DNA of 63,803 bases, counting the filler, from Chrysochromulina tobinii (taxonomy: Eukaryota): assembly GCA_001275005.1 (NCBI GenBank). It is 7 parts of 7 records of this genome, joined end to end, with 100 filler letters (N's around TTAATTAATTAA, not from the genome) between each part and the next. Parts side by side here need not be neighbours in the genome. Positions count along the whole stretch, not along the records: positions 34,652 to 55,973 come from JWZX01000076.1; positions 56,074 to 59,177 come from JWZX01000077.1; positions 59,278 to 63,803 come from JWZX01000082.1; 4 more parts are not named here. The stretch is one strand, 5' to 3'. Numbering within the stretch: position 1 is the stretch's first letter; each line of letters begins with the position of its first letter. Shown one piece after another: positions 53,929 to 63,803 of the stretch. Position numbers and translations under genes: made by a program. The notes under the pieces were generated by a model that worked only from the letters and a program-made list of their open reading frames with translations, was not told the DNA's origin and searched no databases.

Positions 53929-55329
53929 CTAATCGCCCCTATCGCCCCTGCTGCCTCGGCCGAGTTTGCCGAGAAAGTTGCCGAGGGACCCACTTTCGAC
54001 GGCGCTGGGCGGCGCCAAGCGAGAGCGCTCGCCGCGCAGGTCTTCGTTCATCGCGAGGCGAATCTCGTCTCCAGTGAGACCGCGGCCGAAGAGGTAGGCC
54101 ATCTTGGTCGAGATGGCCTCGATGGTCATATCGCCGGCTGAGATGACTCCAATGTCGAGCAGCCGGCGGCCCACCTCATAGTCGTCGAGCGAGACGGTGC
54201 CTTTGGTGCACTGCGAAGCGGCGACGACGAGCACCCCGCGCTCGATCGCGTTCTCGATGGTGCGCAGGAAGCCCGCCTTGCGCGACGGACCGTTGCCCGT
54301 ACCGTAGAGCGAGAGAACGAGCCCCCGGAGCTTGGACGAGTACCGTACCTGATGAGGGAGGCAATCAGCATGCACTCAGAGATCCGGATCCTTTCGAGTT
54401 CCGTCAATTGGGAGCTTCGACGAGTACCGTACCATGCTCTCGATGGCTGAGTCATCGAAGCCGGGCACTAGATGCAAGACCACGATAGAGGTGTCGAGCT
54501 TCAGGTGCACGCGCAGGCGCGAGGTGGGCGGCCGGCGCCAGATCGCGCGATCGCTCGAGATGCGCGCGCCCACGGTCGCGAGTGGCGGGAAATTGGGCGT
54601 GTCGAAGGCGTCGAGGCCGTTGGAGTCCACCTTCGAGGCGCGGTTGCCTCGGAGCAGCCGATCGTTGAAGAAGATGGCGACCTCGCACAGCTCGAGCTGC
54701 GCGGCGAAGACGACCGAGATCAGCAGGTTGCGCCGCGCGTCGTTGTAGATCTCTGCGAGTGGGATCATGGATCCAGTGAGCACCACGGCCTTGCCCAGGC
54801 CCTCGAGCATGAACGAGAGCGCGGACGCCGTGTACGCCATCGTGTCCGTGCCGTGGATGATGACGAAGCCGTCGTAGTCGAAGTAGCAGTCGCGCACCTG
54901 CGTAGCCAGGCCTACCCAGTCATCGGGCCCGATGTTGGAGCTGTCGATGAGCGGATCGTACTCGACGATGTCGATCTCGGGCATCGACGGCTCGTGCATC
55001 TCGGGCATGTTACGGATGCATTGGGCCAGGTAACCCTTGAGCGGCGTGAGGCTGCCATTCTGCAACGTCATACCCATCGTGCCGCCTGTGTTGATGAGCA
55101 GCACCCGGCCGGCCCCGGGCCTGTTATCGAGCACGTCGAGGTCTGACTTCCACCCTCGCTCGGCGTCGTCCTCCTTGCGAGAGAAGAGCGGCACCGGCCA
55201 GCTGCGCTGAGGCGGTGGCGGCGGGGCGTGCACCGCCGGGCCCTCGGCTGGCTCCTGCAGCCGCAACAATCGCAGCCGCGGCTGGCAGCTCAGCGCCGTC
55301 AGGAGGACTCGGCCGACGGGCCATCGCAT
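53929..55329 (-). CDS. L-asparaginase, type I; exons 55329-54433, 54348-53929
   Basis: NTGGTMGM, HGTDTMAY, VLTGSM, LYGTGN, SQC and GDMT motifs. Intron 54349-54432 removes an in-frame stop. Confidence 0.95.
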
Positions 55330-55504
55330 TGGGTGTTTGCGTTAATTACGACACAATCAGCGAATGGCCTCTGCCCCCCGAGAGCGCAGACCCACCCCTT
55401 TCCGCAGCCACGTACGGGGATCCGCGCGGTGAGATTCCGTTATTTTTCGGTGTCACGCCGCGACTGGCTTTGTACAACTGCTCGCTATTTTGGCAAAGCA
55501 TCCA

Positions 55505-55971
55505 ATGGCTGCCATCGATCAAGTATCAATGCCTCCCTCGCCGCCGCCCACACCATCCGCCCTCACCGTCGCCCACTGAAATGTGGCCACCTATCGCCCT
55601 CCACCCTCGTGGTGGCCTCCCTTCCCTCCCCGTCTGCTGGTCGCAACACGTTTTGTGCGGTCCACGAGCATGATGATGCCTATTGACCGCGACTCGCGCC
55701 TCCTCCTCGCCGTCTCGCCATTGCCCCGGCGTGCCGCGCGCCCCTCCTCCCGCCGCAGAGCCTTGATGACATGATCAAGGGCAACGCCCCCGGCCGGCGT
55801 GGCGGTCGCCCCCCCCGCTCCGGCGGCAAGGCACCAGGCGGCTCGCGTCCTTCAACCCGATCGACGCCGTACGCGCGCTCGGGCCCTCCTCGGCTCGGCT
55901 CTTCCGGCGACTCGCACATGTCAATGGCGAGCGTGAGCGACGTCGCCGCCTCCGATGACCCCCTGCTTAAG
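55505..55971 (+). CDS. ALYREF: ALY/REF (THOC4/Yra1)-like mRNA export adaptor, 5' part; exons 55505-55522, 55759-55971
   Basis: Splicing GT-AG intron 55523-55758 gives MAAIDQ|SLDDMIK (UAP56-binding-like motif), then an RG-rich region and TPYAR. Truncated by the gap. Confidence 0.7.
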
Positions 55972-56073
55972 GTNNNNNNNNNNNNNNNNNNNNNNNNNNN
56001 NNNNNNNNNNNNNNNNNTTAATTAATTAANNNNNNNNNNNNNNNNNNNNNNNNNNNNNNNNNNNNNNNNNNNN

Positions 56074-59000
56074 GTCCCTGTTGGTCGAGCGGATAGAGCG
56101 GCTTAATCAGCAGAAGCGAGCTGGTCTGTACCTGGGTGTCTTCGTATCGGCGCCCGCGTAGGCGGGCGTGTGTGAAACGGATGGTTGCAGTGGCTGGAGT
56201 TGCTGAGAGCACTAGGACCTGCCAGCCTAGGCCGTTCAACTCGTCACAGGGGTAGTCGGGCCACATGTGTCGGCCGACTGCCAGCTCGGCGCCGGGCATT
56301 GGGGTCTCTTTGATGGGCTCAAGCGTGACTGGGTGGTCCACTGGCCCGGGCACCTCAGGAGAGGCAGCTCGCGTGGGCGAGAGTGCAGCTGGGCGCGCGC
56401 CTCGAGGCGGATCTCGAGGGGAGAACGGATCGGTGGCGACGCGAAGCGCCTGCTCGTAGGCTTGTATCTCCGCAGCTGCCTTGAGCTGGCTGAACTCGCT
56501 AGTCAGAGCTGCCATATGCTGGTCGCCGACGACTGTCGGGACATTGACCGACTGGGTGCAGTCCACGTGGCACCCGGAGGCCTTTCGGATAAGGGACTCG
56601 TGCTCGGCGACTCCCATGCGGCGGTAGACGTGGAGCGACTCGGGGCACATCCAGCGGCATATGAGCTGGATCATGCCATCGTCCACACCGGCAGCGTGAA
56701 GCGCCGAGGCCAGCCCCGAGCGGAAGGAGTGGAATGAGTAGAGGCCGGCAACCGCCGTTCCATAAAGGTGGGCTAGGGCCGCCCTCAGCATGGAGTGGAG
56801 AAAGTGGTGTGTGTAGGGCTCGCCCGCCGCATCAGCAAACAAGGGCGTCGTGCTGCGGTTGGTGACGAACCTGCCCACGCGCAGCTCGAGGTCCCGCAAT
56901 GCGGTCGCGGCGTTGATTGGGTCATCCGGGTGAAACGTGAGTACCACACCAAATGGGCAGTGGATCTCGCCGGTCTGATCTGGCTTGCTGCGCGGGGGCG
57001 CCAGACGAGCGCCGTCGATTCCTGGGCGCATGGCCGCCAGCTGCGCGGCCGTCGGGTGAGAGATGGCGACGCCCCCAATGACCCAGGTGAGCGACTCAAA
57101 CGTGAGGAACATGATCTCGCCAGACTGGTGCCGGACGATCTCGCCGAGGCGAAAGGCGGTGACCATCATTACGCAAATGAGCCGGCGAAACATGAAGACA
57201 TGGTGGTCGGTATCGCTCCACTGGAGGCCCCCGATACATACGGTGGAAGTGTCCGTAGCAGGGATAGCGAAGAGTTCACGAACCATGCTGAACTTCATAG
57301 GCTCGGCACGCCGCGGCGCGAGGGAGTAGGGGCCGTAATAGGATAGGTAGGCACGCGAGAGGCCTGCGACGGCGGCTTTGAGTACCTTGTAGCTGGGCAT
57401 AGTGACGCCCCACCTCGCAAAGATACGAACGATAGCCAAGGGGTAGGCCAATGCCGAGCGCGGCTTGATGAAGGCCCGACTGCGATCTCGCGGTCGCCCG
57501 ACGGCGAACGCATGGAGCAGTAAGCATGCAAGCAGATGGGCGTTCCGCTCCGGGAAGTCGCGGGCCTCAGCGGCCGAGCGCAGAGGGCTGGTACCCTGAG
57601 CGCGGCAGACTCGCTCCCACATGTCCCAAGCGCGGACGTCCGTATTGAGGGTGTTCGCGTTGATCCCGAAGAAGACGGTCTCGTCGATGACCCCCGCGAC
57701 AGTCATGGCGTCAGTAAGTTCGGTCCGAATAGCCATGCCCGGTTCACCGCCCTCTGCAAGCGCTAAGGTGCGGAGTCGAGCGTACTCAGAACTAGCAGCG
57801 GCCAGACTTGATGATTGTGCCTCAGCCCACGGGGGTTTTGGTGGCATGCGCAAGCCCGCAACGAGCCGCGAGGGGCCAGGATTGTGAAGCCGACGCTTGC
57901 CCAGAAGGGTGCGCGCCGGGGTGAGGCAGCGGGCGAGATCCTCGGCATCCGCGTGGGCAGCAGGGGCCGTTGAAGGCGCGGCCCGCAGGGGGGTCGCCGA
58001 TGCCGAGGGCGGAGGCTGCGTTGAGAGCGCCCGATGAAGCAACTCCGCGCAAAGGCCGACGGCGATCGGCGGTTCAGTGGGGCGCAGGCAGGTGACGAGC
58101 GGCGACGAGGTCGGGGCTCGGGCTGCAACGGGTCGCAACCGGGAGTGTAGCAATGCGGCTATCTCCGCCGAATGACTGGACCCGCCGGGAGACGCATCGT
58201 GGGCTATGGGGCGGCCGTCCATTGATATGTTGTGCGAGCCGAGCGCCGTCGACGTGACAACCGGCCGTGATCCGGCATCCGCACGCTGGATTCCCGCTAG
58301 CCTGTCCTTTTCGGCCTCCGCACGACGAGCCTCCGCCAACCTTTCGCGCGGGTCTCGAGCAAGCCACTCCTCGAGCTCACGCCGCGCCTCCGACTCGGCG
58401 CGTTCCCTCTCCACTCGGGTGGGACGCGGCGGCGATTCGGTGCCATCGAGCCGCATGAGGGTCAACTCCACTCCCCTCCACGGTGCTCGAGCACGGTCAA
58501 TCTCCTCGAGACCTACGGTGTCGCCGAACAGAAGCCCATCCTTCCATTCCCGCTTCGAGAGGACGAGCGTGGCCTCCATAGCCCTCCACTCGGCGCGAGC
58601 GAGTTCTCCGGAATGGACGAAGCCGGGCTCTCGCTCTGCGAGCGCTAGTTCGATTGGTTGGGCGAGCTCGGGCTGGTGGAGTGCTTCATCCGCAGCCCGC
58701 CATTCGGCCAACTCGAGCTGCCGCCCCACCTCGGCGTCGATCATGTACCAACAGACGCGGTTGTCTCCGATGCGGGTGAGACGCATCACCGCGCGGATGG
58801 CACGTGAAATCGTAGAGTTGGCTCGGGGGGAGTAGCGAAAGATGTCGACGAGAGAATCGACAGGTAGATCGTACAGGTGGCGGGACGTAGGCGCCGCAGA
58901 GGACGCACCCTGAGCTATAGGCTGATCGCCGATAAGGTGAGGGTTGAAAACGCCCCGAGCTGTACCTGCCAAGTGAGACCGCTCGCGCAGGCAGCGGATG

Positions 59001-59177
59001 ACAACGCGATAGAGATCGCGGACACCGGCCGAGATATCCAAGAGCTGGGGTCGCACTCCGAGCATCGTGCAGAGCTGGTGAAACTCGGCCCAACGGGCAC
59101 GCGAGATCAAGTCCGCCAGAATGTTGGCATCGCCATAGAGGTGTGCGACGCGAAGGCGCCCATAGAGCGAGCGCCAC
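56074..59177 (-). mobile_element. DIRS-like tyrosine-recombinase retrotransposon ORF (RNase H C-terminus, linker, YR, C-terminal beta domain), open at both gaps
   Basis: In-frame HLYGDANILADLISR (RNase H terminal motif). YR catalytic set: FRLGE (R), RSKPDQ (K), HSFRSG (H-x-x-R), CRW (W), LHVYRR (Y). Confidence 0.88.
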
Positions 59178-59277
59178 NNNNNNNNNNNNNNNNNNNNNNN
59201 NNNNNNNNNNNNNNNNNNNNNTTAATTAATTAANNNNNNNNNNNNNNNNNNNNNNNNNNNNNNNNNNNNNNNNNNNN

Positions 59278-59675
59278 GCGGCCGAGATGATGATCGAGCT
59301 TAGGCTGCAGGCAGTGGCGAGCGTCAAGCCCGTCAGGGCGATGAGCTGCATGTGCGCGGAGCAGCGCGAGGCGGCCTGTGCTGCCCAAGCCGAGGGCGAG
59401 AACAGCGGCTGAGATGATGAGAGAGCTGAAGCTGCAGGCGGCTGAGAGCATCAGGCCTGTCTGGGCAGTGAGCTGCATATGCGCCGAGCGGCGCTAGGCG
59501 GCCTGTGACGCCCAGGCCGAGGGCGAGAACGGTGGCCGAGATGATGAGTGAGCTGAAGCTGCAGGCGGCGGCGAGCGTCACGCCGGTCAGGGCGATGAGC
59601 TGCACGCGCGCAGAGCAGCGCGAGGCAGCCAGTGCCGCCCAGGCTGAGGGCGAGAACAGCGGCCGAGATGATGAG
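59278..59675. repeat. 127-bp tandem repeat, about 3 degenerate units
   Basis: G(C/T)GGC(C/T)GAGATGATG recurs at 59278, 59405, 59532 and 59659. Confidence 0.85.
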
Positions 59676-59719
59676 CATGCTGGAGCTGCTCCTTGACCAA
59701 CTCGAGAAGGCCCTTGTAG

Positions 59720-61270
59720 GCATGGATGATGGATGATGCGACAAGAGCTGATGTGGGGAGAGGTAAGAGAGAGGGAGGGAAGACGAGATGAGATGAGAGA
59801 TGAGACGGAATGAGTGAAGATGGGACGATATGGATGAGATGGGATGGATGAAAGGAGAGAGAGGAGAGGAGCTTGAGCGGGATGAGGGGGGTTGGGGTGC
59901 TGCCGCCAATGGTAAGCGAATGCGTTCCACCGCGGACTCATGCATTTGGGGATTGAGATGGGGGTGAGATGAGATGCGGGATGAGATGAGTTGGGGGAGA
60001 TGAGGTGGGATGGGATGAGATGACGGTAGATGAGATGAGATGAGGCGGAATGGATGGATGGAGATGAGGACGGGAGGAGGGAGTTTGGAGGGGTGCTGCC
60101 GAAGATGGGATTGGCTCCGAGCACACGTGAGTGTACCAAGTGCGTCCCACAGCGGGCCTCTGCATTTTGGGGTCAGGGTAGATGTGCGGGGAGATGGATT
60201 GTGCAGGGCTGGATGGGAAGAGATGGATGGGAGGAGATGGATGCGGTGCGTACATTTGTTGGGCTTGGTGCCTGACGCGGTGCCGTCCGAGAGGAGGTCG
60301 GTGAGGGCAGGGTCGGGGATGGCCTCCGAAGGCTCTCCAGGCGGCATGATGTGCGGCGGCGGCGGCACGAAGCCGGAAGAGCGCTGAGGCGTGATGATGG
60401 CGATGATGGCGGATACGGTGGTGACCAACTGGGCTCTGTCGAGGCCGACGGCGCCGGAGGGGAGGCGGCAAGCTTCGGTTGAGATAGCATCGGGAAGAGT
60501 GAGGTGCTTCGACGATGCTCGCGCGTGGCTGAGATGATGGCGGCGTGCTGGATGGGGATGAGGTCGGTGGCGACGATGAGGGATGCAAGGAGGGCATGGC
60601 GGCGAAGGATACTAGCTTGTAGGGCAGTAGCACCGCTGAGGGAGAGAAGATGGCGTTGGTGATCGAGCCGCTTGCCGAGATAGAGGCGGCGGCGTTCGTG
60701 CCTCTGGGCAGAGCGAGGGCGGCAGCGATCGAGCCACTGGCCGAGATGGAGGCGGCGGTGATGGAGCCCCTGGTGAGGCGACGGCGGGGCGGTTGAGCCG
60801 CCGGCCGAAGCGAAGGTGGTGGCAGTCGCACCGCTGACGGAGAGATGATGGCGGCGGTCATCGAGCCGCAGGCCAGGACGGAGGCGGCGGCGGGTTGAGA
60901 TGCTGGTTGGGCAGTAGCGGCGCGTCGAGCTGTTGGCCGAAGCGAAGGTGGCGGCAGTGGCACCGCTGACGGGGAGATGATGCAAAAGGAGGGCGGCGGT
61001 CGTCGCCGCTGGCCAGGATGGAGGCCGTGGCGGTCGAGATGAAGGCGGTTGCACCGTTGACCGAGAGACGATGGCGGCGGCCGTCGAGCCGCTGGCCAAG
61101 ACGGAGGCGGCGGCGGTCGAGCCACCGGCGAGGCAACGGCGTGGTGGGCGGGGATGAAGTCGATGGCGGCGATGAGGGATGCGAAGGAGGGGATGGAGGC
61201 CGCGGGAGCGGCGGTAAGGCCGGGGCCGTTGCCGGGGGCAGCGGGCGCCTGGGTGGCGGCGATGCCTACG
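59720..61270. repeat. Purine-skewed low-complexity DNA (GATGA/GGAT) and degenerate GAGATGATGGCGGCGG..TCGAGCC repeats
   Basis: Visible directly. ORFs here are low-complexity artefacts. Confidence 0.8.
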
Positions 61271-62098
61271 GAAAGGGGGGGCAGTCGATATGCCGCCAAC
61301 CGTCATCGGTAGCTGCTGGCTCGCCCGAACCTCCGGCATTCCGTATGTTGCTGTAGATAGCGTTGTCGATGATCTTGAGCGTTACTTTGAGACGCTGCCG
61401 AGGATTTGTCAGAGGCCACAGGCCGGGTCCCCTTCTTCGCTCGTGTAGATCTGTTTGGATTTCGACGTGGGCAATGACTGCTCGTCGGATGAGGTGGTGG
61501 ATGGGCCCTGGCGATAGGCCCTGCTCGAGCCCACCGTGTAGGATGGGTTGAGCGCAGGTTAGACGGGCAGTGTCAGTGCGGCGTCGGGTGAAAGGATTGA
61601 AGCGGCCATTCTGTTGGCCGCCTGCAGGAGAGCTGAAAGTACCATCTCGCTTCTCGTGACGTGCGCCGCGGGGCGGGCGGCGAGCCCTGCCAACGCTGAG
61701 TGCACGGGAGAATGTGGAGATGTGAAGGGAATCGTGAATGGAAGATGGAAGGTTTGTGACGAGACTGATGATGTACTGATGATGCGATGAGATGATAGAT
61801 GAGAAGACGGTACGTGCCGGTGATACCGGCTACAGTACTGGATGCGGGATGACGGCCTGAGGCATGTGCGAACCGGCACAACGCTCCCACGCCTGCATCA
61901 CCCGAACGAGCAAGCTCGTTAGCCTGAAGACCAGACAGGGCTAAGCGGCCAAGGGCGGCTCGGATTGGTCTTACATCAGTGACGCGCCGGGCAACGCGCT
62001 CAGCCCCTTCATGTGGTACCAACGGCTGATGCGCTTCTACTCGGGCCCCCGACCAGCGGAGACCCCTTCTTCTTCATAATTCTTCATGTTATTTCATG

Positions 62099-62262
62099 GC
62101 TAAGGACCGGGTTCGGCCTTACACGTACTCAGCCGGCCTCAAGGACTTACAGGTCATGCTCAAGCGCGTGTCGCCGGACGATACGGACTTCACCCTTCAT
62201 GAGGTGCGAGTCATGGGCTGGAACCGGGCGGCGGCGGACAATGCCGCGCTGGCCGAAGCCGT
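62099..62262 (+). pseudogene. Degenerate tyrosine-recombinase fragment
   Basis: RPYTYSAGLKDLQVMLKRV...FTLHEVRVMG resembles the PYT..L..L...HSFR.G segment of the YR at 56700-56830. No W/Y end is present. Confidence 0.45.
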
Positions 62263-62654
62263 TCCGCAACACCGACAACGACATTCACACACACATTAAT
62301 ACACACACGGGTTCACACAAGACTTGTTAACCGACATATAACCGACAAAGACACAACGTCGGGGGCAATTACCACAACGTGAGGTTGTGAGGACAACGCG
62401 TCCGTGCTGGACTGCTGATGCGTGCGGTCGGTGGCGGGTGGCGCGGGTCGCTCGCGGATCACCTCACACCTGGGTGCACCTCAACGTCGAAGGGACTTCA
62501 AGCAGGCAGTTAGCACGCAGTGTTAGAAAAAGATGAATAGAAAATACCCACTTGCTAATCCAATCTACTTCAGAAGCGCTACACTAATCCTCCCGGCCTA
62601 TCCTCCCCCACCCTCGACACACTCTCACTGACTCATTTTGCGTCTATAATTTTG

Positions 62655-63803
62655 TCAACAACTGTCCTGCTCGCTTGTTCTCTCAACAAGTGTCTTGAGC
62701 AGCTCTCGCGCAACATGAATGTCGGACTGCGCCTTTTCGCCTTTTGCATCGCCCATCCGTTTGACGTAGCTCTGTAGGAATGCCTTGCGCTTCTCGTCCG
62801 AGTATTGCTCGCCGGTGAGGAAGACGAGGTCTTGTGGCACCATATGCCGAATGGCGAGCGTCGGGCATACTGTACGCAGAGGGTAGAATTCGGCGTTGCG
62901 CAGCCCGCGGGAGTTGTTGGCGAGGTGAAACTCTCCGAGCATCAGACCTTGGGCGACAAACTCCTCCTTCAGGGCCAACTGTGTACCATCGATGACCTCG
63001 CGCGCGGCGTCGAGGGGGACGTCAGGGAAGAGAAGGAGGATCGCCTTGAAGACGGCTGTCGGGCCGCCCGTCGGGTGAAGGCCCTCAAAGATTGGTATGA
63101 AGCCACGCACGAGCTGCTGCATGGCCTCGGGCGCCGGGTGCGCGCCGGAGTTCACCACTCCAACTCGCATCGAATCGAGCTTGAGGGCCTTCGGTACAAA
63201 AGGACAGGTAGGCCCGGGCCTGCCGAGGAGCGGGTGTGGCTTGCTAAGGAACTCACGCAGGTAACAGTTCGTCAGGCGGAGCTGATAAAGCGCCGAGTTG
63301 GTCAGACCTCCTGGCACGTTGAGCTGCTGAACTGCGTGAGTGGTATACGGGAGCGCTCTCAAGGTATCGAGGGTGGCGAGGGTGTCGATCCCGATGAGCT
63401 CCTCCTGTGAAAAGACCTCACTGGGCCTCTGCATGTCGGTGCCGTCGGTCACACGTCCGCAGTCGCAATCCATCATCTGTCGCTCGATGGCGTACGCGTC
63501 CACCTCTGACGGCGTGAGCAGCCGCACCGAGACGGCACTCGGCAGTGCCGGGCAACGGCCACCACCTCCGCTTCTCCTCGCTGCTCGGGCGGTGCCGACG
63601 CGAAGGCATCCAAGCGACGCGAATATCATGAATGCCAGGACGGTGGAGAGCGCTGCCAGCACCACACGCAGGGGAGACGTCCGACCGGTCGCCAGGGGCG
63701 AGCCCAGCGGCGTGTTGGGCAGCAGCCTCCAAGCCGGCGGCGGCGGCGGCGGCAGCGGCATTGGCGGCGGGGGCGGGAAAAGCCTTGTCAGGGAGGAAAG
63801 CCA
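62655..63803 (-). CDS. DUF6875-like (bacterial-type) domain protein with upstream Pro-rich segment and TM; frame open to window end
   Basis: FLSKPHPLLGRPGPTCPFVP, KAILLLFPD, FVAQGLMLGEFH, GLRNAEFYPLR and LAIRHMVPQDLVFL. Family name is from recall. Confidence 0.75.
   Translation of the reverse strand, partial: WLSSLTRLFPPPPPMPLPPPPPPAWRLLPNTPLGSPLATGRTSPLRVVLAALSTVLAFMIFASLGCLRVGTARAARRSGGGGRCPALPSAVSVRLLTPSEVDAYAIERQMMDCDCGRVTDGTDMQRPSEVFSQEELIGIDTLATLDTLRALPYTTHAVQQLNVPGGLTNSALYQLRLTNCYLREFLSKPHPLLGRPGPTCPFVPKALKLDSMRVGVVNSGAHPAPEAMQQLVRGFIPIFEGLHPTGGPTAVFKAILLLFPDVPLDAAREVIDGTQLALKEEFVAQGLMLGEFHLANNSRGLRNAEFYPLRTVCPTLAIRHMVPQDLVFLTGEQYSDEKRKAFLQSYVKRMGDAKGEKAQSDIHVARELLKTLVERTSEQDSC

Noticed and set aside
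59278..59675. CRISPR-like periodicity
   Set aside because: Whole 127-bp units are repeated with no unique spacers, there are no cas genes, and the context is eukaryotic.
59333..61339. Long Ser/Pro/His-rich ORFs
   Set aside because: By-products of low-complexity purine-skewed repeats.

Overview
GC-rich eukaryotic nuclear DNA with spliceosomal introns and a bipartite plastid-targeted gene. A haptophyte (Chrysochromulina-like) origin is my inference. The window is seven contigs joined by artificial 100-nt spacers (N-run, TTAATTAATTAA, N-run), so adjacency across spacers is unproven. It holds about 24 protein genes or gene fragments, including STK19, VPS15, syntaxin-16, WDR18, ALYREF (5' part), L-asparaginase, pterin carbinolamine dehydratase, a patatin lipase, a sulfotransferase-like gene, a SAM-cyclin Y fusion, a SEL1-ChaN fusion, a GBP/atlastin-like protein and a >2,800-aa ARM/FG-repeat mosaic. 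It also holds part of a DIRS-like retroelement whose RNase H end is in frame with its tyrosine recombinase. The main finding is an apparent intron-generating system. About 17 introns in 7 unrelated genes combine (i) one of two shared ~20-45-nt branch-point/acceptor cassettes (GCATGCAAGTGCTCACCACGGCGCC..CCCCACAG and TGATTGCCTCCCTCATCAG), (ii) a variable-length (~6-46 nt) copy of the adjacent exon that supplies the other splice site, and/or (iii) sense-strand TGAT-core microrepeats. I saw no terminal inverted repeats, and several sites appear to have been hit twice. All exon-intron structures were inferred by hand from frame continuity and motifs and need RNA-seq confirmation.
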